Positions 11,019 to 20,199 of a DNA stretch of 31,117 nt are shown piece after piece. The DNA is from Macrostomum lignano (taxonomy: Eukaryota): assembly GCA_002269645.1 (NCBI GenBank), contig NIVC01002893.1, positions 100,335 to 131,451 of the forward strand, given 5' to 3'. A model generated the notes under the pieces. The model worked only from the letters and a program-made list of their open reading frames with translations, did no database searches and was not told the origin of the DNA. A program made the translations under genes and the position numbers. Position 1 is the stretch's first letter. Every line of letters starts with the position of its first letter.

Positions 11019-11350
11019 TCCGCCCGATCCAGACAGGCGCCCCGCTCAATCAGCAAGCGCACTAGTGCCAGATGTCCCGATCCCACTGCCATGTGCAGCG
11101 GCGTGGAGCCCCAATCGTTAGCGGCGTCCAACTTGGCGCCACGGCCAATCAGAAAGGCGGCAACCTCGAAGCAACCGGCTGCGCAGGCCTCGTGCAGGCC
11201 GGTGTTGCCGTTTGGGCCGGCGCGCGTGTCGACGCCGAGATCGCCGGCGCCGAGGCTGCGCGCCACGGCTGAGAGGCGGCCAGCGCGCACGTGACCAAGC
11301 CAGCGGGCGGCCTCAGCCTCGCGATGGGCGGCAGTCAATAAGAGCATCAT
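11016..11350 (-). CDS. ASB-family protein, first coding exon (two ankyrin repeats)
   Basis: NTGLHEACAAGCFEVAAFLIGRGAKLD and STPLHMAVGSGHLALVRLLIERGACLD. Donor GACAG|GTGAGG (phase 2) joins exon 2 in frame (756 nt, 251 aa). Start ATG at 11350 is assumed. Confidence 0.85.
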
Positions 11351-11771
11351 TTGTTTGCAATATTCAAAATTCTTCCATTGATTTACTTGTACTACCGCTA
11401 ATAGCAGTGTGAATATATTTTTGAAGCATTTTGGCAAAAATATCTTTTTAAAAACCCTTAACTGCCCCTATAAGTAGCACGGATCTAAAAAAAAGCTAAA
11501 TTAAAATATGCTAGAAACGCTGCTGTATCCAACCCTACAAGCCGCCCCGCTTTACTATCGCGCTCGCTCTGTCTGACCCCCTCTAGCCGCAGGCGCGTCT
11601 TTGCAAACACAATGCTGAAATGTTAGCGAAAAATAAAAAGTTAAATGGAGGCCGGAGTACCACTGGAACTGCAGTAGCTGCGGAAAATGTTGAACAAGTT
11701 AGTAACGAAAATGGCTAATCGAATAATAGGTGACAGACCTTATGGCTTATAAAAGGAGGGCGGTGAGGGGG

Positions 11772-12318
11772 ATTCAAGGACTGCTCATGGGAGCGCAGAG
11801 GCAGATTCAAGGACTGCTCATGGGAGCGCAGAGGCAGATTCAAGGACTGCTCAGGGAGAGCGGAGAGAGGCAGATTCAAGGACTGCTCAGGGAGAGCGGA
11901 GAGAGGCAGATTCAAGGACTGCTCATGGGAGCGCAGAGGCAGATTCAAGGACTGCTCATGGGAGCGCAGAGGCAGATTCAAGGACTGCTCATGGGAGCGC
12001 AGAGGCAGATTCAAGGACTGCTCATGGGAGCGCAGAGGCAGATTCAAGGACTGCTCAGGGAGAGCGGAGAGAGGCAGATTCAAGGACTGCTCAGGGAGAG
12101 CGGAGAGAGGCAGATTCAAGGACTGCTCATGGGAGCGCAGAGGCAGATTCAAGGACTGCTCATGGGAGCGCAGAGGCAGATTCAAGGACTGCTCATGGGA
12201 GCGCAGAGGCAGATTCAAGGACTGCTCATGGGAGCGCAGAGGCAGATTCAAGGACTGCTCATGGGAGCGCAGAGGCAGATTCAAGGACTGCTCAGGGAGA
12301 GCGCAGAGAGGCGGATTT
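11772..12318. repeat. 33/36-bp intergenic minisatellite, 16 units ordered A2-B2-A4-B2-A5-B
   Basis: A = GCAGATTCAAGGACTGCTCATGGGAGCGCAGAG; B = GCAGATTCAAGGACTGCTCAGGGAGAGCGGAGAGAG. Confidence 0.93.
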
Positions 12319-12540
12319 AAGGACACACAGAGAGCACAATTAGTTTATTTCACGCAGTGAAAGGTGAAGCAACGTGACAAATAAAAGCCTAAATAAAATT
12401 TGCAAATGAACCGAACATAAAGACGCAATTAGTTAAGAAATGCCAGTCATTTAACAAAGAAATCCAGCAACTCGAAACCAATATATTTTGCTAGCAAATC
12501 ACTTTTCTAAACACTGCTAAAAGTTCAACCTGCCAAAACG

Positions 12541-12858
12541 TCAAGCGCACAGCAGCAGCGGCACCTCGCTAAGGCTGACCTGAACGTCCACCGGGTCAAA
12601 CAGTTCGTTATCAAGAAAATAAGGCGTCTCTTTTTTCTTTTGCTTCTCCAGCTCTTCCGGCGTAGGCTGCTGGGCCGACGCGGCGGCCTCATTGTTGCGC
12701 AACAGGCGGACGGAGACGCCGCCAGCCAGTAGTTGAGTCTCAGAGCAGTCAGTGTAGAACTGATCGATTCGAGCTGCGGCAGTGGAAGAGTCGCCACCAG
12801 ACAGTCTGGTGCCGATGGCCCGCCACAGCTGGCCGCCTGATAGGCGAGCTGGGAGCAC
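12541..12858 (-). CDS. AGK: Acylglycerol kinase, exon 4 (last)
   Basis: PYFLDNELFDPVDVQVSL resembles the AGK C-terminus (SFSIDSEEYEAMPVEVKL). Acceptor TTGCCAG|GTG at 12859-12860, phase 0. Confidence 0.8.
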   Translation of the reverse strand: MLPARLSGGQLWRAIGTRLSGGDSSTAAARIDQFYTDCSETQLLAGGVSVRLLRNNEAAASAQQPTPEELEKQKKKETPYFLDNELFDPVDVQVSLSEVPLLLCA

Positions 12859-12918
12859 CTGGCAATGAAATGTTGCGGGCAGCCTTCGCTTCTGAGATCC
12901 CAGATCTCAGTCCCTAGA

Positions 12919-13102
12919 AGTAGTAATAGAAAATTACGTCCATACCCACTTTTCAATTGCAAAACACGTAATAAGGTACCCGTCAGAAATTTTATTACGC
13001 ACATACCTTATTTTTGTATTAAAAATCAAGTAGTAAGGTACCGAACCAAATGGTAGGGTATTCTACGGAATTCCAACTACACTGCACCGCACCCACAAAG
13101 AA
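12919..13102 (+). repeat. Left terminal inverted repeat of the mini-Polinton (degenerate similarity extends to about 13190)
   Basis: Reverse-complement match to 14872-15057. Confidence 0.93.
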
Positions 13103-13806
13103 CGAGAAAGAAAAGACCCCAACAACACCGATCAACCAAGTTGCTGAAAAACGACAGCTATTTCTGCATTACAAGAATAGAGGAAACACACACCCACAAA
13201 GAACAAAAGAAAAGATCTTAATAAATTGCAGAAGTCAAAATTGTGCCACAATCCCTCTGCAAGCAAAACCCAGCTCAGAACAGGACACAGGCAGTAAATA
13301 AGCCACGTGCTGCGCCCAGCCTTTTTTGTAACAGGAGTCATTCAAGACCCCAATTTTTTCATTTTCGAGAAAAGACCATTGAGACTTACGAAACTAAGTA
13401 TACTTGAATACAACTTGACTAAAATATAATACGCCAAAAGAAATATGCAGTTTTTAACTCTCAGTCACCGATCGAGAAACCGATCAAATCCAAAAAACCA
13501 GGTAATTGTAAGTGTTGCTGTGACAAGATCCGCCTGAGTTCGGTACTGACGGCCATGCACAATAATAAACTGAACCATCGTAGTAAGAAACAGTCTTTCG
13601 GTCGAATCAAGTTGACATGTCTATATATTTTAACAGATGAGATACACGATTAGTTAATTCATGACGTTAATTTCTTGATGCAAATGAACGCAAAAATGCG
13701 ATTTGACAGTCTTTTAAATAACTTTAAAATTCCCTAACGAATAGTGGATAAATAATTACAATACTAATAATACCAAATTATTTACGAGCTTCGTTCCATT
13801 GCACAG

Positions 13807-14122
13807 TCAGGCGTCCGCAGTCAAATCGCAGTAGTCAACCGTAGTGACTCTTCCCGACTCCTTCTCCCTGAAGAAGAAACGGAAGCAGCCAGCACCTAGG
13901 GCTTGTACAGCCAGGGCGTATTTACCTTCGCAAGCCGTGACATGCTCGGGGTACATATATATCCCGGCGGCGGCCGCGCAAAGACCCCGTTCTTGAACGC
14001 TGCAAAGAGAGAAGACGCAGCCCATTACTACCTCATTAGCCTCTGAATAAACAAAAAGCCCAATGCTTACCATCTCTCACATATCGCTCAGCTAGTTCCT
14101 TCTTTTGCGCGGATTTGTCCAT
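13807..14122 (-). pseudogene. Small unknown ORF inside the element (88-aa ORF 14073-13807, possibly a frameshifted continuation of MDKSAQKKELAERYVRDGKHW starting at 14122)
   Basis: GC-richer, coding-like segment divergent from the protease. No family recognised. Confidence 0.3.
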
Positions 14123-14300
14123 ATTCGTAGTGAGTGAATGCGTTTAGACAAGACTAGAAAATTTTCCGGACTGCTGTCGGTAGGATCTTATATTCAGCAA
14201 AATTACTCATAGGGACGACTGAGATCTCATGTGGTGGATTAGGGAGGGTCAGGGTTGGTTGAGAGGAAGGGGTGGATCGAGTTGGGAGCCACCAACGTAA

Positions 14301-14727
14301 AGGGAGCGAGAAGGGGGGTTCGTTCTACCTAGTCAGCAGAGGGTTTCGCGTTGGCGGCAGCTGCAACCTTTAGATGATAAAGACTATTTCTTTGTGGCGA
14401 ATACAGACACTTCGAATCTTCCTGGTAGGCATTGGGTTGTAGTTTGGGTGAGTAGCAGGCGGGTTAGGGGGGCGCCGTGGACGAAGAGTCGGGGAATATT
14501 TTGATACGCTTGGTTTAAATCCATCGGAAAATATTAGACGGTGGTTGAGGCGAGAATGTGGGGATTTTCAAAATTGGTCCTACAGCCGATTTGCTATTCA
14601 GGATCCTCGGACTGGTCATTGTGGTATTTGGGTGTTGTTTTATTTGTATTTCAAACTGACTGGTGGTGGTGGCCTTCGATTCTTTTTAACGCGTATTCTT
14701 GGTTGTGGGTCTCGTCGAAGGAAATGA
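14301..14727 (+). pseudogene. Adenain-like (clan CE, Polinton PRO-type) cysteine protease, frameshifted
   Basis: First frame: YFFVANTDTSNLPGRHWVVVWV (His at 14430). After one extra G in the G6 run at 14467-14472: GEYFDTLGLNP (Asp at 14503)...WSYSRFAIQDPRTGHCGIWVLFYL (Gln 14599, Cys 14620). Order and spacing match the NTD..PG.HWV / EYFDS.G / Q...S..CG pattern of adenovirus and Polinton proteases. The N-terminus is disrupted (TAA at 14298). Confidence 0.85.
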
Positions 14728-14871
14728 ATTTCGGCGCACGTATTTTTGCCTACGACGCTTTGCAGCACATGTGTTGCCTCTGTTCCTGTAATGCAGAAAT
14801 ATACCGAAAGTGCGTTTTTGGACAAGTTGGTTGGTTGGTTGATCGAAATTGAGATCTTTTCTTCTTTTGGA

Positions 14872-15057
14872 TTCTTTGTGGGTGCGGTGCAGTGTAGTTA
14901 CAATTCCTGTAGAATACCCTACCCTTTGGTTCGGTACCTTACTACTTGATTTTTAATAGAAAAATAGGGTATGTGCGTAATAAAATTTCTGACGGGTACC
15001 TTATTACGTGTTTTGCAATTGAAAAGTGAGGTATGGACGTAATTTTCTATTACTACT
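14872..15057 (-). repeat. Right terminal inverted repeat of the mini-Polinton
   Basis: Reverse-complement match to 12919-13102. Confidence 0.93.
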
Positions 15058-16150
15058 CCTAGATCCTAGATCCTAGATCCTAGATCCTAGATCCCAGATC
15101 CTAGATCACAGATCCTAGATCCAGATCCTAGATCCCAGATCCTAGATCCCAGATCCTAGATCCCAGATCCTAGATCCCAGATCCTAGATCCCAGATCCTA
15201 GATCCCAGATCCTAGATCCTAGATCCTAGATCCTAGATCCCAGATCCCAGATCCTAGATCCTAGATCCCAGATCCTAGATCCTAGATCCCAGATCCTAGA
15301 TCCTAGATCCCAGATCCTAGATCCTAGATCCCAGATCCTAGATCCTAGATCCCAGATCCTAGATCCTAGATCCTAGATCCCAGATCCTAGATCCCAGATC
15401 CTAGATCCCAGATCCTAGATCCCAGATCCTAGATCCTAGATCCTAGATCCCAGATCCTAGATCCCAGATCCTAGATCCCAGATCCTAGATCCCAGATCCT
15501 AGATCCCAGATCCTAGATCCCAGATCCTAGATCCCAGATCCTAGATCCCAGATCCTAGATCCCAGATCCTAGATCCCAGATCCTAGATCCCAGATCCTAG
15601 ATCCCAGATCCTAGATCCCAGATCCTAGATCCCAGATCCTAGATCCCAGATCCTAGATCCCAGATCCTAGATCCCAGATCCTAGATCCCAGATCCTAGAT
15701 CCCAGATCCTAGATCCCAGATCCTAGATCCCAGATCCTAGATCCCAGATCCTAGATCCCAGATCCTAGATCCAGATCCTAGATCCCAGATCCTAGATCCC
15801 AGATCCTAGATCCCAGATCCTAGATCCCAGATCCTAGATCCCAGATCCTAGATCCCAGATCCTAGATCCCAGATCCTAGATCCCAGATCCTAGATCCCAG
15901 ATCCTAGATCCCAGATCCTAGATCCCAGATCCTAGATCCCAGATCCTAGATCCCAGATCCTAGATCCCAGATCCTAGATCCCAGATCCTAGATCCCAGAT
16001 CCTAGATCCCAGATCCTAGATCCCAGATCCTAGATCCCAGATCCTAGATCCCAGATCCTAGATCCCAGATCCTAGATCCCAGATCTAGATCCCAGATCCT
16101 AGATCCCAGATCGATCCCAGATCCTAGATCCCAATAGATCCCAGATCCCC
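15058..16150. repeat. 7/14-bp satellite (GATCCTA GATCCCA)n, about 1.1 kb
   Basis: Seen directly. A residual stub (GAGATCCCAGATCTC) lies left of the Polinton at about 12894-12910. Confidence 0.97.
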
Positions 16151-16202
16151 CAAACCGCCAGTTTCTGGACAATAACGGACCCAATATCCCAGATCCCCAA
16201 AC

Positions 16203-16605
16203 CGCAGCCCGCAACGCCAACCTGCAGCAGTACGCCCCGGCAGTGCCGGTAGGCGTTGGGCTTAGACGAATCCCCAAAGTCGCCGGTACTTCCAGTTGAC
16301 GCCACTGGCCGCAGTCGGGGTTGACGGAGGCGGTCGCCAGCTGCTGCTGCTGCTGTGCTGGCGAGGGTCGCTGGCTGACGCTGAGCAGGCGGCTGCTCAG
16401 ACTGCGTGCCGGGGCGGGAGCCACGCAGCGGGCGCAACCGGGACAAGCCGGCGTCCAGTCAATGACGCAGCCGACTGGGACGGCGGCAGCGGCCGAAGGC
16501 GAGGCGGTCTCGGCCAGCCAGTGCAGACAGCGCTGCGCCACTGTAGGCAGGTTGCGCCGAATGGCCGAGGCTTCGGTGGCGCGCTCGCGCTGTCTAAGAC
16601 TGGAC
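16203..16605 (-). CDS. AGK: AGK exon 3
   Basis: Acceptor GGCAG|G completes TGG, giving LEW-SSLRQR (human LRWGSFRD); also GQWRQLEV (human EVWKDVQL). Phase-0 donor GCG|GTTTGG chosen to match exon 4. Confidence 0.75.
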
Positions 16606-16711
16606 CTGCCATTGAGTTAATCCACAGTGTACAAATCCTTATTTATTTTTAAATCCAAAACTCCTAATACGCTCGTACCAATAATTGTCCATCTTTCAGT
16701 TCCCATTGTAA

Positions 16712-17450
16712 AATCCCAATATCCGAATCTCCAAGCTCAAATCCCAATATCCGAATCTCCAAGCTCAAATCCCAATTTCCGAATCTCCAAGCTCAAATCC
16801 CAATATCCGAATCTCCAAGCTCAAATCCCAATATCCGAATCTCCAAGCACAAATCCCAATATCCGAATCTCCAAGCTCAAATCCCAATATCCGAATCTCC
16901 AAGCTCAAATCCCAATATCCGAATCCCCAAGCTCAAATCCCAATATCCCAATCTCCAAGCTCAAATCCCAATATCCGAATCTCTAAGCTCAAATCCCAAT
17001 ATCCGAATCCCCATTCTGAAATCCCAATATCCGAATCCTCATTTCCAAATCCCAAAATCCGATTCCCCATTTTAATATCTTAATATCTGAATCCCATTCT
17101 AAAATCCAAAAAATTAAAATCCCAATTCTTAAATCCCAATATCCGATTCCCCATTCTCAGATGCCAATATCCAAATCTCCATTCTGAAATCCCAATATCA
17201 GATCCCCCATTCTTAAATCCCAATATCCAAATCCCCATTCTCAAATCCCAATAACCGAATTCTAATTCTAAAATCACAATATCTAAATCCCCATTATCAA
17301 ATCCCAATATCCAAATCCCCATTATCAAATCCCAATATCCAAATCCCCATTCTCAAATGCCAATATCCAAATCCCCATTCTCAAATGCCAATATCCAAAT
17401 CCCCATTCTCAAATCCCAATATCTGAATTCCCATTCTCAAATTCCAATTT
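16712..17450. repeat. 28-bp minisatellite (AAATCCCAATATCCGAATCTCCAAGCTC)n, grading into degenerate variants
   Basis: Seen directly in AGK intron 2. Confidence 0.92.
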
Positions 17451-17519
17451 TTAACCTCTTATCTACGAGTGTAGGAATCTTAATACGCTGCATATGCAAT
17501 AAATATGGCCAAAACGCAC

Positions 17520-17956
17520 CACTCGAGCGCGGTCAGGCAGTAGGTGTCCCTCGGCAGCTCAGAATCGCCCCCTAGTCTGACTCGAACTCGCATGGGTCGA
17601 ACAGCAGCTATTCGCTTAGTAGTTGTTGCAGTATTATTGAAATTTGCGGAAGTCGCCTGCAGCAGGGCTTCCACAGTCCGCCGGCAAGCCTCCGGCAGGC
17701 CTTCGGCGGGACTTGCGCCGCCGCCAACGCCAGTCGACACTGTCGACGTCGAATCGCTGCGCCGGCCAAGCGGAGCGGCGGCAACCGGCAGGCGAGCGGC
17801 AACTCGGCGAGAGTCTGGCCGGCGGAGCAGACCCGTGACCGCCTGCATCAGGGTGCCATCGCCGCCTGCAACCAGCACAGCGTCAGTGCTGTTGAGGTCC
17901 AGCACCTCCATGAAGCCTTTGTTCTCGTCCTCCGCGTCGCCTTCAACTAGTTGCAC
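17520..17956 (-). CDS. AGK: AGK exon 2 (DAG-kinase catalytic motif)
   Basis: [23 protein letters not shown]...LPVAAAPLG matches AGK [23 protein letters not shown]...IPIGFIPLG. Acceptor CTGCAG|GTG; donor TG|GTGCGT. Confidence 0.92.
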
Positions 17957-18044
17957 CTGCAGCAGGCAGACGACAAGTGAATGATGGAGCACGGATTAAG
18001 GAATTCTGATTAGGAGATTTTCAATAGATCGCAATGTTTTTACC

Positions 18045-18620
18045 CCAAGTTTCCAGGAAATTGGAATCTTTGAGTTTCCAGGAAATTGGAATCTTTGAGT
18101 TTCCAGGAAATTGGAATCTTTGAGTTTCCAGGAAATTGGAATCTATAAGTTTCTAGGAAATTGGAATGTTTGAGTTTCTAGGAAATTGGAATCTCTGAGT
18201 TTCTAGGAAACTGAAATCTTTAACTTTCTAGGAAATGGGAACCCCACCCCATTTTCCACGAAATTGGAAGCTCTTGGTTTCTAGGAAATTAGAACTTCGA
18301 GTTTCCAGGAAATTGGAATCTTTCAGTTTCCAGGAAATTGGAATCTTTGAGTTTCCAGGAAATTGGAATCTTTGAGTTTCCAGGAAATTGGAATCTTTGA
18401 GTTTCCGGGAAATTGGAATCTCTAAGTTTGTAGGAAATTGGAATGTTTGAGTTTCTAGGAAATTGGAATCTCTGAGTTTCTAGGAAACTGAAATCTTTAA
18501 CTTTCTAGGAAATGGGAACCCCCACCCAATTTTCCACGAAATTGGAAGCTCTTGGTTTCTAGGAAATTAAAACTTCGAGCTTTCCAAGAAAAAATACTAA
18601 ATTTCTAGGAAATTGGAATC
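18045..18620. repeat. 25-bp minisatellite (GTTTCCAGGAAATTGGAATCTTTGA)n with a higher-order duplication of about 277 bp
   Basis: Period 25 at 18061/18086/18111. The variant block at about 18161 recurs at about 18438. Confidence 0.9.
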
Positions 18621-18769
18621 ATTTCTTAGTTTCTAGCAAATTTGAACCTCTGCGGCCTTTTCAGAAAATTTGAACCCGCACCTTAGATATCTAGGAAATT
18701 ATACTATTACAGACCTGGAATTCCTTAATGGAAATTAAAAGTCCAAAACTTTAGATATCAGACCGCTAA

Positions 18770-19750
18770 CCCAAGAGCTCCCAGCCTACCCAACCGCAGA
18801 GATCCCAGCCCTCCAACCCAAGAGATCCCAGCCCTCCAACACCAGAGATCCCAGCTTACCCAACCCAAGAGATCTCAGCCTACCCAACCCAAGAGATCCC
18901 AGCCCTCCAACACCAGAGATCTCAGCCTACTTAACCCAAGAGATCTCAGCTCTCCAACCCCAAGAGATACCAGCCTACCCAACCCAAGAGATCTCAGCTC
19001 TCCAACCCCAAGAGATCCCAGCCTACCCAACCCAAGAGATCCCAGCCTAGCCTACCCAACCCAAAGATCCCAGCCTATCCCAGCCCTCCAACCCCAGAGA
19101 TCCCAGCCTACCCAACCCCAGAGATCCCTGCCCTCCAACCCCAAGAGATGCCAGCCCTCCAACCGCAGAGATCCCAGCCTACCCACTCCAAAGATCCCAG
19201 CCCTCCAACCCCAGAGATCTCATCCCTCGAAAACCAGAGATCCCAGCCCTCCAAAACCAGAGATCCCAGCCCTTCAACACCAGAGATCCCAGCCCTCCAA
19301 CCCCAGAGATTTCAGCCTACCCAACCCCAAAGATCCCAGCCTACCCAACCCCAAAGATCCCAGCCTACCCAACCCCAAAGATCCCAGTCCTCCAACTCCA
19401 GAGATCCCAGTCTCCAACCCCAGAGATCCCAGCCTACCCACTCCAAAGATCCCAGCCCTCCAACCCCAGAGATCTCATCCCTCGAACACCAAAGATCCCA
19501 GCCCTCCAAAACCAGAGATCCAAGCCCTTCAACACCAGAGATCCCAGTCCTCCAATACGAGAGATCCCAGCCCTCCAACCCCAGAGATTTCAGCCTACCC
19601 AACCCCAAAGATCCCAGCCTACCCAACCCCAAAGATCCCAGTCCTCCAACTCCAGAGATCCCAGTCCTCCAACCCCAGAGATCCCAGCCCTCCAACCCCA
19701 GAGATCCCAGTCCTCCAACTCCAGAGATCCCAGCCCTCCAACTCCAGAGA
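18770..19750. repeat. 23-24-bp minisatellite (CCCAGCCCTCCAACCCCAGAGAT)n with a higher-order duplication of about 256 bp
   Basis: Seen directly; starts at the AGK exon-1 donor. Confidence 0.92.
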
Positions 19751-19762
19751 TGAAAGTCCAAC

Positions 19763-20074
19763 CTCAAAGCCAGCCAAATGCAGCATAGGCGACAGAGCCT
19801 TCTCAAACCAGGCGCTCTGAGCTGCCCTAGGATTAAACAGCACTGTAACCCGACGCGGCTGCTGTTGCTGCTGTGACTGCGGCCTACGCTGGCCCGTCTG
19901 CTGCCACTGGCCGCTGACGGGCGCATCGCCGAACGCCTTCGCCCATCGACAATGCTGGCGAAGTTCGGCTCGCTCCGCCTGCCGTGTGTAGAGCCAGTTG
20001 GCCAGCCACCCAGCCGCTAGGGCGCCGGCCGCGCACTTCTTCGGGTTCTCGCGGATAACGCGTAGGATAGGCAT
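19763..20074 (-). CDS. AGK: AGK exon 1 (alternative in-frame ATG at 20116)
   Basis: MPILRVIRENPKKCAAGALAAGWLANWLY...KAFGD...RVTVLFNPRA...FEKALSPMLHLAGFE parallels human MTVFFKTLRNHWKKTTAG...HWLY...QVFGN...KATVFLNPAA...FEKNAAPILHLSGMD. Donor GAG|GTTGGA. The four exons total 1470 nt (489 aa). Confidence 0.92.
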
Positions 20075-20199
20075 GCAAAATAAAATGCGCGAAAAACATC
20101 TGACTAGACTACTCATCTGCTATGAGGTCAGTAGCATGCAATAAATTGATACTGCTTAATTGAAATTTCACGGTTAAAAAACTGGTAAAACTTACAAGA

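Larger units (their letters stand above)
12919..15057. mobile_element. Non-autonomous miniature Polinton/Maverick-type element (2,139 bp) in AGK intron 3
   Basis: Ends 5'-AGTAGTAATAG...CTATTACTACT-3'. TIRs of about 185 bp, about 96% identical by eye (about 5 substitutions and 2 indels). Perfect 6-bp TSD CCTAGA at 12913-12918 and 15058-15063. Internal adenain-like protease remnant. AG/AGT-repeat ends, long TIRs and a 6-bp TSD are established Polinton hallmarks. Confidence 0.88.

Noticed and set aside
10349-11065. 238-aa Pro/His-rich ORF
   Set aside because: Antisense read-through of the ASB intron minisatellite.
19148-19753. 201-aa Pro/Gln/Ser-rich ORF resembling a mucin or extensin
   Set aside because: Minisatellite translation inside AGK intron 1, opposite strand.
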